Counted from the first letter of the stretch, positions 49,389 to 62,980 are shown. The stretch: DNA of 64,000 bases from Blasia pusilla (GCA_050084515.1 CM114271.1:46748001-46812000), one strand, 5' to 3'. Notes: generated by a model from the letters alone, not told the origin. Numbers and translations are program-made.

Positions 49389-50439
49389 GAGGGGTAGATG
49401 ACTTGATCTTTGCATGATATGGATTACAGATGTGCGACTAACGATGGGGCAACCTCACACCCAACCTTTTGACTCGTGCACCCACGAAGGTGTATAGCAT
49501 GTAGTAGATGTATAGGGCTACCTGGGAGTTAGAGGGACCTAACCACCAGTTAAGGGGGTGAGTTATGATACACTTGTGTTTGTGTATGCTCTCGTCTATG
49601 TTATGTATGTATGTGAATATGGTATGTCAACGATGTATGTTGTATGACGATGTGGATTCTCACGACAGCTCTCATGACCATACGGATTATGTCGTAGAGT
49701 ATAGTGTGCTAGTAGAGGCCATACCTTATATAGGGCCATAGTGTCTAGGTAGGGATGCGGTTTCATACATAGGGTTGGGGGTTACTCCGTTGAGGGTGAT
49801 TTTTCCAGTAGGGACCGCCCTTAGGTTGGAGGGTATAGTGTGGAGTGTACTCAAAGAACAGTTAGTTCTTTGAGTTGAGCCTGTTGCGTTGGGAGTTAGC
49901 CTTGGTAGTGAGTAGAGCTCTTGGCTATGCTGGTTCTCGCAAGCTTCGACCTGGATTCTCTCATCTTGGAGTGGGTTTGGCTCGATTGTATGTGATTCTA
50001 TAGGTGTTTTATGACAGTAGGTCTTTCACGGATTTCAGTTGTGGTACACTTGTGTTTGTGTATGCTCTCGTCTATGTTATGTATATATGTGAGTATGGTA
50101 TGTCAACGATGTATGTTGTATGACGATGTGGATTCGCACGAAAATGCCCAATCTATGGGCCCAACAAAGGGGCAATGTATTGTGGACCATTGCAGACCAC
50201 AATATATCATGCACGGTGTTGTGAAGTTTGTTTCATAAGAGCACAAAGAGGGGATGGGTCTCATAGGAGAGCCATTGATTGCCATCAACATGCCTTGCAT
50301 CATGAATTGTATAGATTGGATGGTACGTAGAGGTGAGATCTTGTGTGCTTAGTCTGACAACAAACACAAGTTATGGTTGGAACACCTCACCTTATTAGAC
50401 TATGAGTATCCAAAGTATAGCTTCACTAACTATCTATAT

Positions 50440-50524
50440 TATTATGGGAGAGCGCCTTTTTGATTTCCAAACACCTCTTTGTTTGACATGTGGCAATTAG
50501 GTAGCAAGAAAATATTTCACATGG
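50440..50524 (-). repeat. Dispersed copy of the ~100-bp MITE-like repeat seen at 790-1500
   Basis: gagagcgcctttttgatttccaaacacctctttgtttgacatgtggcaattaggtagcaagaaaatatttcacatg matches the reverse complement of ~1103-1180. Confidence 0.6.
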
Positions 50525-52591
50525 TATCGGAACCAAAAAGAAATTTTGAATTTGTGTGCAATGTCATTAATCCCTACCCTTCACGGGCTATAGACTAGCA
50601 AAAACTCTTCAACATTTTTTTTATTTTCTTTGCCTCGCACGGTACCTTACTAATTTCTATGTATTTTAAACATATCCAAAATTTGATGACACAAATGTGG
50701 CATTTGTGTCATATTTATTTTAAACAGTTAATTGCATACCTCTCAAATTTTTGTGCTATTATTTGTGACCCATTTTCTTTTTGCATTCCTCCACCCTGGA
50801 AAGACATACACATGGCAAGGATTATGCCCCTTTATTAACGGGATTTCACCCTTAGGCTTCGGCCCTTCTCGATGGCTATGTCCAATCATTTTTTTGATTC
50901 ATTTCTTTTCTTGCTTTGTACTTCACCCACTGAAGACGTGGCCAATTAAAAGAAACCTCCGGAACGGCTGATTCCGCTACTGTCACGCGCTGTCCTTCCG
51001 CTTTCCCCTTCACTTACCACGGTAACGAACCTCTACGCTAAACTAAACGAGGTTAAAGAAACTACTCCCAGAGCTCGTCAAATCAGCCGTAGTAAAGTTA
51101 CTCGCGAAGTCGACACCTAAGCGTGACTTCGTCGAGGCCAGTACAATGTCGGCCACGTGTAGCCAGATCTGTGGCGAGCAGTCCGTAGGCGACCGCCTTT
51201 GAGAGCGAATCTTTGGCCCAAAACGGACGGGACGGAAGTCAGGGGACGCCCAAGGGCTGGGGACGATTGGCAATCTGACAGCCCCCCCCCCCGCCCAATG
51301 GTGCCCGAAACAAATACCGGCGGAAAATAGCCCTTTTGGGGTTATGGTCCCCGGAACCGGAAAGCGCATCATGGCGAAGTATTTAGAAAGGAGGAGGAGG
51401 AGGAGGAGGAGGACGGTGACGACGTCGACGCGGGGTTCGCCTACGTGGCGCTGGGGTTGCTGGTCTGGAGATTAGCGCAAGAAAGCTGGCACGGGTTGAT
51501 GCGAACGAAGACTAACGAACGCCTCCCAAATAATGGAAGGAACTCGAGAAATCATTGCGGGTAGAGGAAAGCCTGGAAAGGTTCGCGGCCCAACCTGACC
51601 GTGGTTAGATCAACTGGAGGGAGGAAGGGAGGGAGGGTGGATGGAAAGGGGACCCCGTCGGGCTATGGGTTATTTTAGTAGCTAAATATAGATGACCGGG
51701 AGAGACCCAGCTTGCAACGCGCGAGAAGAGAATATCCACGCCGGGTCAACCGGTGCGCAACCCGCAACGATTGCCCAATGCCGCTCGACAGAAGGGAGGG
51801 AGAGGATGTGCGAGAGAAGTTCCGGACGTAATCGCATGATTAACATCACGTTTCGTGGCGATTGATTAGAAGCGTCACGCACGAGTCCAACAGAGACTTG
51901 ATCCCAGGCAAGAAAGCCTCCTCTGCCTCCGTTCACCGAAAGAGAGAGAGAGAGAGAGAGAAAAGGACCAAGTGTAACACGGGCCCGTTTGACTATTACG
52001 CATCGGTTTGGGGTTTCACTCCAGGTTCGGAGGACGGTGACTACTGTTGCATCGTCGTGTTTTAATTGGGCCATTATTCTCCTAGTGCAGCCACTGTACC
52101 CTGGGCATAAGGATGTGACTTCCTCCTTTGCCACTCCAGTTCGGCAGGAGAAGAGCGAGAGAGTGTGAGCACAGCAGCTCTCCTCGTTGAAAGAGACGCA
52201 GGGTGGGCGAGAGGGCTCCAGGAAGGGGAGGGTTGAACAGCAGCGGGCCCGTTCTCTTCTTGCTCTGTATCGTCCGTTTTGACTCTTGCAGTCGCTGGCC
52301 TCCTCGCTCTCCAAATCAGACGAGCGATAATACCTCTCTGCCATTCTTCTCATCTCACCGTAGGACTTCTCTTGCCTCCTGTCCATTCCCCCATCGTGTG
52401 ATTGGCGCTGGTGATTGCTTTGCGGATTGCATTCTCCATCCTCTGGCGTCCTACTCGTGGCATTCTCGATTTCCTGCAGCCCACTTTGCAAGAGACTAGT
52501 AGCTGATTCTTCTTGCGGTGTCACTTTCATTTTCAGGCTCCTTCTACAGGTCGAGTGTGAGATCTATCCGTCTAATAGACAGCCAAGCAAC

Positions 52592-55531
52592 ATGAAGGCT
52601 CTGATATTGGTGGGGGGCTTCGGCACCAGGCTGAGGCCGCTTACGCTCAGTGTCCCTAAGCCTCTTGTGGATTTCGCCAACAAGCCCATGATCCTCCATC
52701 AGGTGTGTCTTTTCTGCTTGGTCAAAGGCGTGAAACTGCAATTCACAGTGCACCTTATGAATTGCGGGCTGGCGCGGAAAGTGAAGATCCCAATGCTCAC
52801 AACAGAGCTGTCGCTGCGATTAAGCATAATGTCGACGATATTCACGACTCGGTCTCGAGGCATCTATTGTCACGCCTTCCAAAATCGCGAACCTTTGAAG
52901 TAAATTGTGATCGCATCAGTTAGAGTGTCCAATCATTGATGCCGGAGAAGGTACAATTGTCGCCAGTACAAGGAGACGCCTCCGAAACTTCTGGTTTCGG
53001 AGTGGCGGACGAGAAACGAACCCTGAGCGATCGTTCTTTGGTCAGGGCTAAGTGCCCTGATGTGGCTAAAGGTGTTAGTGGGGACCAACGTTAGAAGAAA
53101 GCCATCATATGCCATGGAGTCACTGATGTTCTCTTTTCTTGCAGATCGAAGCGTTGAAGTCAGCCGGAGTTACTGAGGTCGTTTTGGCAATCAACTACCA
53201 ACCCGAGGTACACTTCAATTTCTTCGGAGATATCAACTATCTGAGATTTGCTGCTCTTGGGGGTGTTTGTGCCCTCGTGGTTGTCTACCCATGAGTCGAG
53301 TGACACCGTCTATAAACTAGTGGAATGCGTCGTGATCACAGTAGATCTCGCCGTAGCCATGAATCTACGAATGGCAGAGGCACCACTCTCTGTTATCCTC
53401 CCCATGAAGTAAACAGCTGCCACAGAACACCATCATGGACAGACGAGGCATTGGATATAGATCTGCAATTCCAGTAGCGTTGTCGAGCCGGAGAAAACTT
53501 TTTTCACTTTCGTCTACAGAAAGTTGGATCTTTCGTTCTCGTCTTAGAGAACACATGAATTCCCATGATCTTTTCTCCTTCCAGCCTTCCGCAAAACAGA
53601 GTGAAAGGGTAGTGTCCATCGCTTTCGCTCCAGCGATCAACAAAGGCGACCTTGCGCCTTTCGGTGACCTGGCTGTCTTAAAAAGGTCGACTGATATTAG
53701 ACAGTGGTCCAAGTGACGCCACCTGACCTGTGGACGCCTCGGCACAAACTGTATGAGGCTGGCATCTGCGACTTGATCGTGAAGATTCTGTTCTTGGAGA
53801 CGGCTCCAACGTGAAGCTGCTGATCGTTTGCTTGACAATCCCAGCTCTCGCTTTCCGATTAGGAGATCCACGTAGTTGATTGCGTTGAATGAGATTGGCA
53901 ATTTCCATTCCTCTCTCTTTGTACGGGTGGTCGTGGTGCTAGTTCCATATAACAAATAGGTAAACTAATGCGGTACCCACCTCCTTGCGATGTCAAATGC
54001 GCTGACCGATCGAATGTAACGGCGTGCAGGTTATGCTGACCTTCCTGAAGGAATTCGAAGCTAGATTGGGTATAAAAATTGTTTGCTCCCAAGAAAGAGA
54101 GCCCATGGGAACAGCTGGCCCCCTGGCTTTGGCACGAGATATACTGGCTGATGGATCCGGTGAACCTTTTTTCGTTTTGAATAGCGACGTGATCAGTGAA
54201 TATCCACTGAAAGAAATGATTGTATTTCACAAGAGCCATGGTGGTGAGGCTTCTATCATGGTTACCAAGGTACTGGCCCAGTGCATTTTTTTCGCATTTC
54301 CGCGTCCAGATAGTACCGGTGGATGTGAAGTTTCTTCCAGTTCAGTTTCTCTTTGGAAACTCATGTTCTCTGCCCCGACCGAATTCTGTCCTGCAGGTAG
54401 ACGAGCCCTCCAAATATGGTGTGGTGGTCATGGATGAAGCAAGTGGAGAAGTTCAGCGATTTGTCGAGAAGCCTCAGATGTTTGTCGGAAACAAAATCAA
54501 TGCTGGTATCTATCTTTTGAACCCCAGCGCTCTCAACAGAATAGAGCTACGGCCTACTTCCATCGAGAAGGAAGTGTTCCCCAAGATTGCTGCCGAGAAG
54601 AAGTTATTTGCTATGGTACTTCCAGGTTTCTGGATGGACATCGGTCAACCCCGAGATTATATCACAGGTACACAACCGCAAGAAGTGACTCCTCAAATCT
54701 ATATGCTCTCCCGAATGCTGAGTGCATAGCTTAACTACGTGATTACGAAGTCCTCGCGCGCTTTTGAGTCCCTTGATGCTAGAAGTTATTCATCGATGCT
54801 AGAAGTGTGAAAGTTAGACAAGTTGCGGCCAAACCGCGATTCGGGTCATCCTGAAAGCAGCACCTCATACTCCACGATGAAAATGAAATCTGTGTGGAAC
54901 TTTTTCACTCGTAACGTAATGATAGGGTTTGCTGGGGGAATTGATTTCTCTTGTTTGAAGGAAAGACCTCAAACCTGGTCGTGAAAGCGATCATTGTAGA
55001 TTTATGTCCTGTCTAGTTTTCAGATGTTGATGGGTCTCATTGCTTTGTTCCGCGAGTCTTTACATGGTGAGGTAGGCCTTGACATATGCGACACGCCAGC
55101 TCTCACTCACACCTTGAAGCGGAATTCCAGGTTTGCGCCTCTACTTGGATTCCCAGAGGAGGAGGCATCCAGAGGTCCTCGCCACGGGTGTTCATGTGGT
55201 GGGCAACGTGGTTGTTGATGAGACCGCCCAGATTGGAGAGGGCTGCTTGATCGGCCCTGATGTTGCAATTGGTCAGGGCTGTGTCATAGAGAGTGGAGTC
55301 CGGCTCTCTCGTTGCACCATCATGCGTGGAGTTCGAATTAAGAAACATGCGTGTGTTTCTGGCAGCATCATTGGGTGGCATTCTACAATCGGACAATGGG
55401 CTCGAGTAGAAAACATGACTGTGTTGGGAGAGGATGTGCACGTTTGCGATGAAATATACAGCAATGGTGGAGTCGTTCTACCACACAAGGAAATCAAATC
55501 GAGCATCCTCAAGCCTGAGATTGTGATGTAG
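52592..55531 (+). CDS. VTC1: GDP-mannose pyrophosphorylase (mannose-1-phosphate guanylyltransferase), 361 aa, 5 coding exons
   Basis: Exons 52592-52702, 53145-53207, 54030-54269, 54397-54667, 55131-55531 sum to 1086 nt, all introns [82 protein letters not shown], hexapeptide repeats, ending ..ILKPEIVM. Typical plant CYT1/VTC1. Confidence 0.96.
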
Positions 55532-58500
55532 TCGATGAGCGATCTACATAAGTTCAATCCCCGCTTACAATTGAATATCGGTAATCAGGAGGCTCTCGCG
55601 AGCGCATGGAATGCTGTGCTGGTGGAGTTCCACTATAAGAGCGATCATCTTGATATTCTGCTTGATGTTCGGAAGACAGCCAGAGATACATAAGCAGGGC
55701 TTGATAACCACCCGAGCTACATCTGACCGGTTCAGAATATTTTCTGAGAGGAATCAATCCCCACAAGTTGTGTAAAATACAAATGGTAATCTCTTCCGAG
55801 TAGAGGGAAAGGGAGAGGGAGGATCTTCTTTCTGAAAGCCAACGATAAGCAGAAATGAAATCTGCCCGATGGACTCTGGAGAGTTTTACTCTTTTCTTAG
55901 GTAGTGCTGTTTTTGACCCTGTAATCTAGTGAGAGCTTATACTGATGTAATTGACGCCTACGGTTTTGTACAAGGCACCGTGGTTTTCGTCTGACAGTCA
56001 CTTAAGATGAACGGATGGATCAATGAGCTTTGGCACTTCCAGAAAAATAAAGTGCAAGTCAGCATCAAGTGTTGGGGTTTTGATCAGGACTCACTTGAGA
56101 TTATACGAGGATTACCCATGTAGCGGGTTGTTTAGGTGGTTTTGAGTTCCTCCTATCGGCCATTCTCTCTCTTAGTTGAGACAGCAAAAATACGGGAATC
56201 TCTGGTATTACTCGGTCATACTTTTTGTAACCGTGACTTCACATCCGTATGGATACAAACCGATTGACTGGATATTCACTTCTCTCGTGGACCAATGATG
56301 AGAAAATCGCCTGTGTAATCCTTCTATGTATTCCATCTGTGTTCTCGCGTAGGGCGTGTCTCGTCACCCATCTGATAATTTCTGATTGCATTGTGGAATC
56401 CATGTAGTCAGCTCACGTTGGGAATTTCGTTACTCACAGACTGCCTTCGATTTCGTGACGAGCCCTCTCTCCATTCATTCCACCTAGCATGCAGCAAGTG
56501 AGGCCGAGACGTCTCCGATCTTTTCCTCTTACGATTCTCCTTGCATACTGGCCGGTACCAAATCTCTGCCTTCTTGGGAGGTCGCTGGATTGTCGCGGTC
56601 AGCACTCGTATCTCTAAGCTATCTTTCCTACCTACCTTATCGGTTCGGGTTCTGCGCCCGTGTCACGGAAGCACGTGGTACCGTACCCTACTCCAGGCCA
56701 CCTAGCTGTGATGTATGTTATTGTGGTCGGTCGAGTGCAGCGCTTGATGAAATACGGTCCGTTCCACAGCAAGATACACGATTGCATGGGGGACCCATCT
56801 CACTATGTCACCTGACAGATTTAAGAGTCAGTGAGGGGTGGAGAACGGATCGAAGCGAGTTTGCGTAGCTGGAGCACATGGTAAGGAGAATCATCACCCG
56901 AGTGACAGCTATGTTCGGAACGAGCTGTCATTTATTTCTTCAGTGGGTCGTGGACCTACTCGTTCCCAGTGGAGTTCCAGGGAAGATTTTCCCATTGTTA
57001 CCACTTCGAGAGACGCGGTAACGAGTTCGTTGTATAGCTCATTATCCCGAGGCATCGTTTCATCGGGAGCCTCCGGAGTAGCGAATCCTTGCAAGGATTG
57101 TACGGTGAGCCATAACATATCCTGATTGCATGTAGACAGGCTAGTGACAGTCTACTCTCACCCGAAGGCTAGGAACTAGTAGGAAGAGGGCGTCAACCGA
57201 CTCGTGAGCACTTGTAACGATACTTGAAGTAGATCAGCTTTAGTCATTGATGTTGTCATCCTACATTCTGCTTGCCTTTTCATTTGGTACCTCACTGTCC
57301 TCTCCCTGGACCTTGTGAGGTAAGTTTCTTCTATCCATCATTTCTCCCACGATCGATGACGTCTCTCAGACAAACTAGTGCCCCCTACTCATCGTCGAAG
57401 GCCCGTCCAAAACTGCCGAGGCCTGTTGTATAGTACCGCTCGAAAACTTCTGCGCCGTGCAGGGTAGGGGTGGTTTAGCACGCGCGTGCTTCTCTTCTCC
57501 GGGTTCTCCCGTCCACCGCTCCACCAGGCTTGTGATCTGCTTATCTTTTCCCTGCTGTGATGCTAATTTTAATGACAAACGCCGTGAGGAGTCTCTTGAG
57601 CACACTGGAGTCCGAGATAACCAATGAAAGTACCACGACGTTTTACTTTCTTTATGAGGATATAGCAGTCTTCGGAACCGAATGTGCACGCGATAAAGAG
57701 TCTGTCAGGCACTAAAAGCCCGAAGTCAGTCCATTAACTTACTGCTCAGAAGTTTTGCTGTATCACATTGTTATTTGAAGTAGTCTGGCCGAGGACAACC
57801 GCGTGCTCACCAACAGTGTTCAGTCGGTGAAAATCGATCTGGAGATTCTCGCACGAGAGCTCCAATCTTTACGAGCAACAGGGAGAATCTTGAGGTACGT
57901 GAGCGCGGAATCCAGGCGTTCATGTACTCGGCGTAGCATTGAGTTTCGACGAATCCAAGTTGCATGTGAAGATGATAGTAAGCCAAGCTTCTAAGTTTGA
58001 ACTCATTCGCTGATCGAACCATCTTCTGATCGACCATGATTGCATGTGCGTGATTTTCGGCCAATGTCTTTCTTGTACATCTCAGAGACACTATCCGAAC
58101 GCCTTTTCCAACAGAATCGTCATCCCAGCATTTGGATGCAAAGCGTGGAATCCCCCGGGATCGGCATGCCAAGAAGAAGTTTACCACATCACAATCCTCG
58201 AAGGTTCCCGCAGGAAACTGGTTTTTTCACACGGGCACCTCACTCGGTCCTTTCGCGAGCGTTATCGAATCTGAATCGCCACCTCGTCATCTACATGCTC
58301 CACCCCTGATTTCGACCTCTCACGAGCTGCCTTTGTGCATTTTTCTCTTTCCGTACGTATCCCGTGCGTGCTCCAAAGGGGTACAGTCTTCCATATCAGA
58401 CGCCCCACTTTCTACAGGCGTTTCTGTCACTTTTTCCGCAGACTTCCTCTTCATCCATCCACTTCACTGTCCATCGTCGGGCTTGAATTCTACCCCGGTC

Positions 58501-60966
58501 CACATCCGGACGACACTCATCGACTGTAGCTGCACCCCGGGGCTCCGTCGTCGTCGTTGGCAGCAGCTGAACAAGAATTCACGAGACATGCCCCGCTTTC
58601 TACAGTCGTTCCTCTCCCTTTTTCTGCATCCTTCCTATGCATCCATCCACTTCTCCGCCCATCGTTGCGCGTCGATTCTGTCCCGCTAGCGCCACATCCG
58701 GCCGACACGAATGGACTGCAGTTGCACCCCTCTGTCGTTGTCAGCCGCTGTCTAGCGAAGTGAGCTAGAAATAAGAAAACCCCAATAAAAAGCCGGAGAT
58801 GGAAAACGCATAAGAATAAAAAATTAGAGTCGTATGAGAAGGCCGCAATCAACCGAGAAAAGAAAAGGGCACCCCTCACCCGATGAACTCACCAACAGGA
58901 GAGACATGATTATCACTAATTGGGCCTTTAGGACGCTCCACACAAATTTAAGATTTGTTTTCTTCATGGTGTTATTTGCATTGAAGAAAATTTTAGATTT
59001 TAAAAAATATCTCTATCCTACATCCAACCTATCCCTATTTTCCTTCCTAGAAGTTCTACTCATGAATTTCAGAAAATAAGAACATGTCATTCCATCCCCT
59101 ATCAAATTAAACCATGTTATGGAAATGTTATTTGGGACTCCATTAACCTGAGAAATAATTTTATCTACTCTTGCAAACTAAAATACTCTCCCTACAAAAT
59201 TTTCTTCACCCGCCATTGCAATCATTTTAGATTCTTCGAGGTCGGAGAAATTGCCCAAATTATCAACTCTTTTTCTTAGAGGACCAATGTACATGAGCCA
59301 TAAAGATCCCACAACTCTTTCCAATGTTTCACTATCCAACATTGTAAGGCCTGGCATGTTCTAGATTGGAATACTCTAATAGACACTAATGTAATTTGAA
59401 GGCCATTTCCACGATTTATACCATGTTCTCAATTGCAAATGATCACTTAAGATCTTCATAATAGAAGTTCGGAACTTCAATTGATTGTGTGAATACCTCT
59501 AATGTTTCCCTAAAATACTTCAAGCAATCTTGTCCATCCTTCCCTTCCTTCAAACCTTTCAAAGAAATTTGTGGAGATGGCCATATTGTTCCTATTGGAA
59601 CAAAATTCAAGAAAAGAAGCCCTACTATCTGAAATAAAATTGTAGATAATTAAAATAAATACTTGTTTTTATTTTCTCACATAGTATTGTCAAGTTGCAA
59701 GTAGAGGACGAAATGAAGACTACCTTCCCATTCTTTGATAATTTTTTGCAAAAGTGTCATGGTCAAATTCATATCATTTTAAATATTGGGATAATTCATA
59801 GAAACCCTAGGCGATAATAACTTCTCACCGAAGATAAGGTATCCCACCACATGAACTTATATGAAATACTTCTTGTCCATATTTTTTGGGCATGCGAGTG
59901 AAAATGAGGTCCATGTGTTTTCTCCCGATCCATCCCATCAAGAACCTCTCAAGCATAATTTTTTTGATGTAGTGAAACATTTCTTGTGATGTTTAACCGA
60001 GTTTCTCCCTCTCTTTCATATGTTGATTTTGGTGTGTAGATAAGACCAACACGTACTCTTCTTTGTAAGAATATATGAATTTGTAATATTATCTCATTTG
60101 TGATCTTGAAACAAAGTATCATACAACTGATCACTTTTTGTTTCCCATCTCTAACTCATGACTTAGAGTGATCGATCATAGAACTCCTCTTCCAAACTAT
60201 GTTCACATCACTATCGTAGCTCAAACCTAGCACCATCTTGAGCAAAATATCTTGTGCCTTCCACATTCGATTTCAACACTCTCCGCTTATAACTTACAAT
60301 AATTAGTCGTAGGACCCATCTTTTAGAATGTGTCATACAACCAATCACTTGGAAACTTTAAAAAAAATCTTTTTAAGTCCCACCATCTTTGATGATTTCA
60401 TATTTTCTGAATCTATGGAACAATATTTATATGGTCGGCATCGTTAGCCATGCTTTTACTCATAGTTGGGTTTCCATACTATCTTATATCCAATAAACCA
60501 TCTAATATCCTAGCTACCAAGCCAAATTATTAGGTGGAGGAGGTTCCACATAATCTTCCCTTAGCCAACTAGGGGTAGAAAGTTCACACTTAGTCTTAAT
60601 AATATTCAACTTTTCTAGGGGAATCTTTCCTCTTGGAGTCCAAATTCCTGTAAAAAATATAGAATACTTACTTAGTAACATCTTTGGAAGATCTTGGTTG
60701 GAATTAGTATGCTCATTGGATCCTTGAAACTCACGAGTGGAATCCCTATGTTCTTAATTTTTTTCTCTGAAGAACAAGAAAGAGTCAAAACTGATCATGA
60801 TTTCTGAAAATACTTCTTGTTTCAAATTTTTAGTGGAAAAACCAAATCGAGACTGATTAGTGATGGTGATTATCTCGTATAAGAGAAGCTTTTGGAGCTA
60901 CTTACAAATATTTTATGATTAAATTTTTATCCTTAAGTCATTTTTCTCCTCCACACACATCTCTCT

Positions 60967-61594
60967 TGTCGTGCGCATATACATCGCTACATAATCCACA
61001 TCGTTGGTCACATCTACATACCACACAACGCCGATCTTCCCCAACATACGGGTAGATCCACACATAAATGAAACATAGTCACGCACATACATTGGGACCC
61101 CACAACATATTCAAGAGTAGTAAAAATGGCTCACCCGGCCTAAAACTCCACTCATAAATCTACATCGGCATATAGGACCATATCCACCCTCTGCTATGAA
61201 GAAATCCGGACGCTACCACCCTAACTCCTACACACCCACACATGTCTATGCAAGAGAGGCGCGCTTAAGGCTCAACATGAGAAATATGGCTTGGGAAAGC
61301 CATCTTCCTCACTCTTATACCCTTATGAAGAGCCAAAACGCTCTTCCCCCAAAAATAGCCCTACCAACGATAACCTAGGTGCACAGGTTACGGGGTGACC
61401 GTTGACTCGGTCAACGGGGCACTTGCCAGACTAAAACCAAAAAATGAAAATCTTCATAAACGACGTTTCCGACACAACAGACTTGTCGCCAACCTCATCC
61501 GACATCTCGACACAAAGTTACACCCAAACAGCCCGCTGGCTTTCTATGTCGTCAATGCGATAGAACTCTACCTATGTCAAAATAAGATGTGACA
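60967..61594 (-). mobile_element. Family C solo a+b unit (solo-LTR equivalent)
   Basis: Minus strand starts TGTCACATC (61594) and ends GCGCACGACA (60967), an end shared with the b repeats of families A and B. a = 61111-61594, GT-rich b = 60967-61110. No matching TSD. Confidence 0.72.
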
Positions 61595-62063
61595 AAGGAG
61601 CAAATCTTCAAATAATATGGTGTTGTATGGAGATTTCTAATATTTCTTTGAGTGGTTCCTTAGGGTTTGAATGTAGCTATGATGATTCTTTGGATTTTCC
61701 AAAAGAAATGTTACCCAACCATATTTTATGGAGTAAAAATGAAGCCTTTGGTGTGGAATTAATTTTGACATCGTCATTCAAAACCATTTAAATGACGGGT
61801 AGTTTGTTTGAGTAATGGAGAAAAAATTAGAGGGATATGTGATCATTCTCAAGCACTCTAAATCCATCCATCTGAAATGTCATACGACCAATCACTCTTG
61901 GGAGTTTTGTTGTTCCAATTCTCCGAAGGAGGCTTTAAACTAATCGGTTGGTTGGAAGCTCCTACAACCGATCAGTTTAAAGTTCGGCTTGACTTTTGTC
62001 ATATGGAGAGAGGAGAAAAAAATCCTTTGACGCATCACTTCTAAGATCATGTCTAGTGAAGAG

Positions 62064-62980
62064 TGTCACATCTTATTTTGATGTAGATAGAGTTCTATCG
62101 CGTCGACGACATTGAGAATTAGCGGGCTATTGGGGTGTAACTTCGTCTCGCGATGTCGGATGAGGTTGGCGACACGTCTGTTGAGTCGGGAACGTCGTTT
62201 ATGGTGATTTCCCTATTTTGGTTTTAGGCTTTCAGGTGACCCATCGGGTAACCTGTACACGCAGGTTACCGTTTGGAGGGCTATTTTTGGGGGAAGAGCC
62301 TTTTGGCTCTTCCCAAAGGTATAAGAGTGAGAGAGATGGCTTTCTCAAGCCATCTTTCTCATGTTGAGCCTTAGGAGCGCCTCTCTTGCATAGACGTATG
62401 TGGGTGTGTAGGAGTTAGGGTGGTAGCGTCTGGATTTCCTCATAGCATAGGGTGGATGTGGTTTGATATGCCAATGTAGATTCATGAGTGGAGTCTTAGG
62501 CCGGGTAAGCGGTTTCTACTACTCTTGATTTTACATGAGAAAGATGTCAAGGGGCTGATGGGAATTTTTTGTTTGCAGTCAGGCAAGCGAGTTGCCTCGA
62601 TTGGAGAGCCCTGGAGACGTACTTGTGGCATTTTGTGTGTTGTTTTCTATTCAGAAGGTTTTGCGCGGAAGCACTTTCCGTTTATCTCAAATCTTGTTGG
62701 TGCGGGTTGACGGGGGACAAAAATAGAGCGTAACGTCTAGTGGGACGGCAAGTACACGCGAGTCAGCATTTTCGGGAAATGGCAAGAGTATCGGGAAAGA
62801 GGAAGAGAAGGCTAGGGCAAGACCATGGTAGCTGCCATGAGAGCTAGGTCGCAGCCGTCGGTCTTGGGTTAGGTTAGGTCAAACGTACGTGGTATGTAGT
62901 ATAGTCGAGGGTGGGGTCCCGGGGAGTGTGCAGACTAGGGCTAAGTGGGATGAGGTCCTATAACTCCTTAGGAACTTATG
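62064..62980 (+). mobile_element. Family C element 5' end: repeat a (62064-62528), PBS and leader; truncated
   Basis: Starts TGTCACATC and is a diverged inverted match to 61111-61594. It is followed by the self-complementary PBS and not by b. Right boundary approximate. Confidence 0.72.
62533..62546 (+). promoter_or_regulatory. Putative self-priming primer-binding site, family C
   Basis: ACATGAGAAAGATG just after repeat a is the exact complement of CATCTTTCTCATGT (62351-62364), 31 nt downstream of TATAAG (62320). Confidence 0.7.

Larger units (their letters stand above)
30543..50143 (+). mobile_element. Family B Gypsy-type retrotransposon, outer copy (B-I), full length but degenerate, with split direct repeats
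   Basis: TSD ATGC (30539-30542 / 50144-50147); termini slightly mutated (TAGCATGA.../...CACGAAA). a1 30543-30890; PPT aagggggtga 49552-49561; b1 49562-49667; a2 49670-50037; b2 50038-50143. Coding ~32455-49388, with the integrase split by B-II. Confidence 0.88.

Noticed and set aside
14343-50143. Classification as DIRS/PAT/Ngaro elements because of split repeats and a methyltransferase
   Set aside because: No tyrosine recombinase seen. The elements have an aspartic protease, an rve DDE integrase, TG..CA ends and 4-bp TSDs, and the MTase is C5-cytosine type rather than the adenine type found in some DIRS.
51682-52530. 282-aa minus-strand ORF upstream of VTC1
   Set aside because: Antisense to the VTC1 promoter/5' UTR, crosses a GA microsatellite, and has no recognisable motif.
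56400-58880. Several 60-185 aa ORFs downstream of VTC1
   Set aside because: No recognisable domains or consistent splice structure.
59000-60700. AT-rich stretch with coding-like minus-strand frames broken by stops
   Set aside because: Possibly a decayed TE or pseudogene, but I recognise no motif; needs BLASTX.
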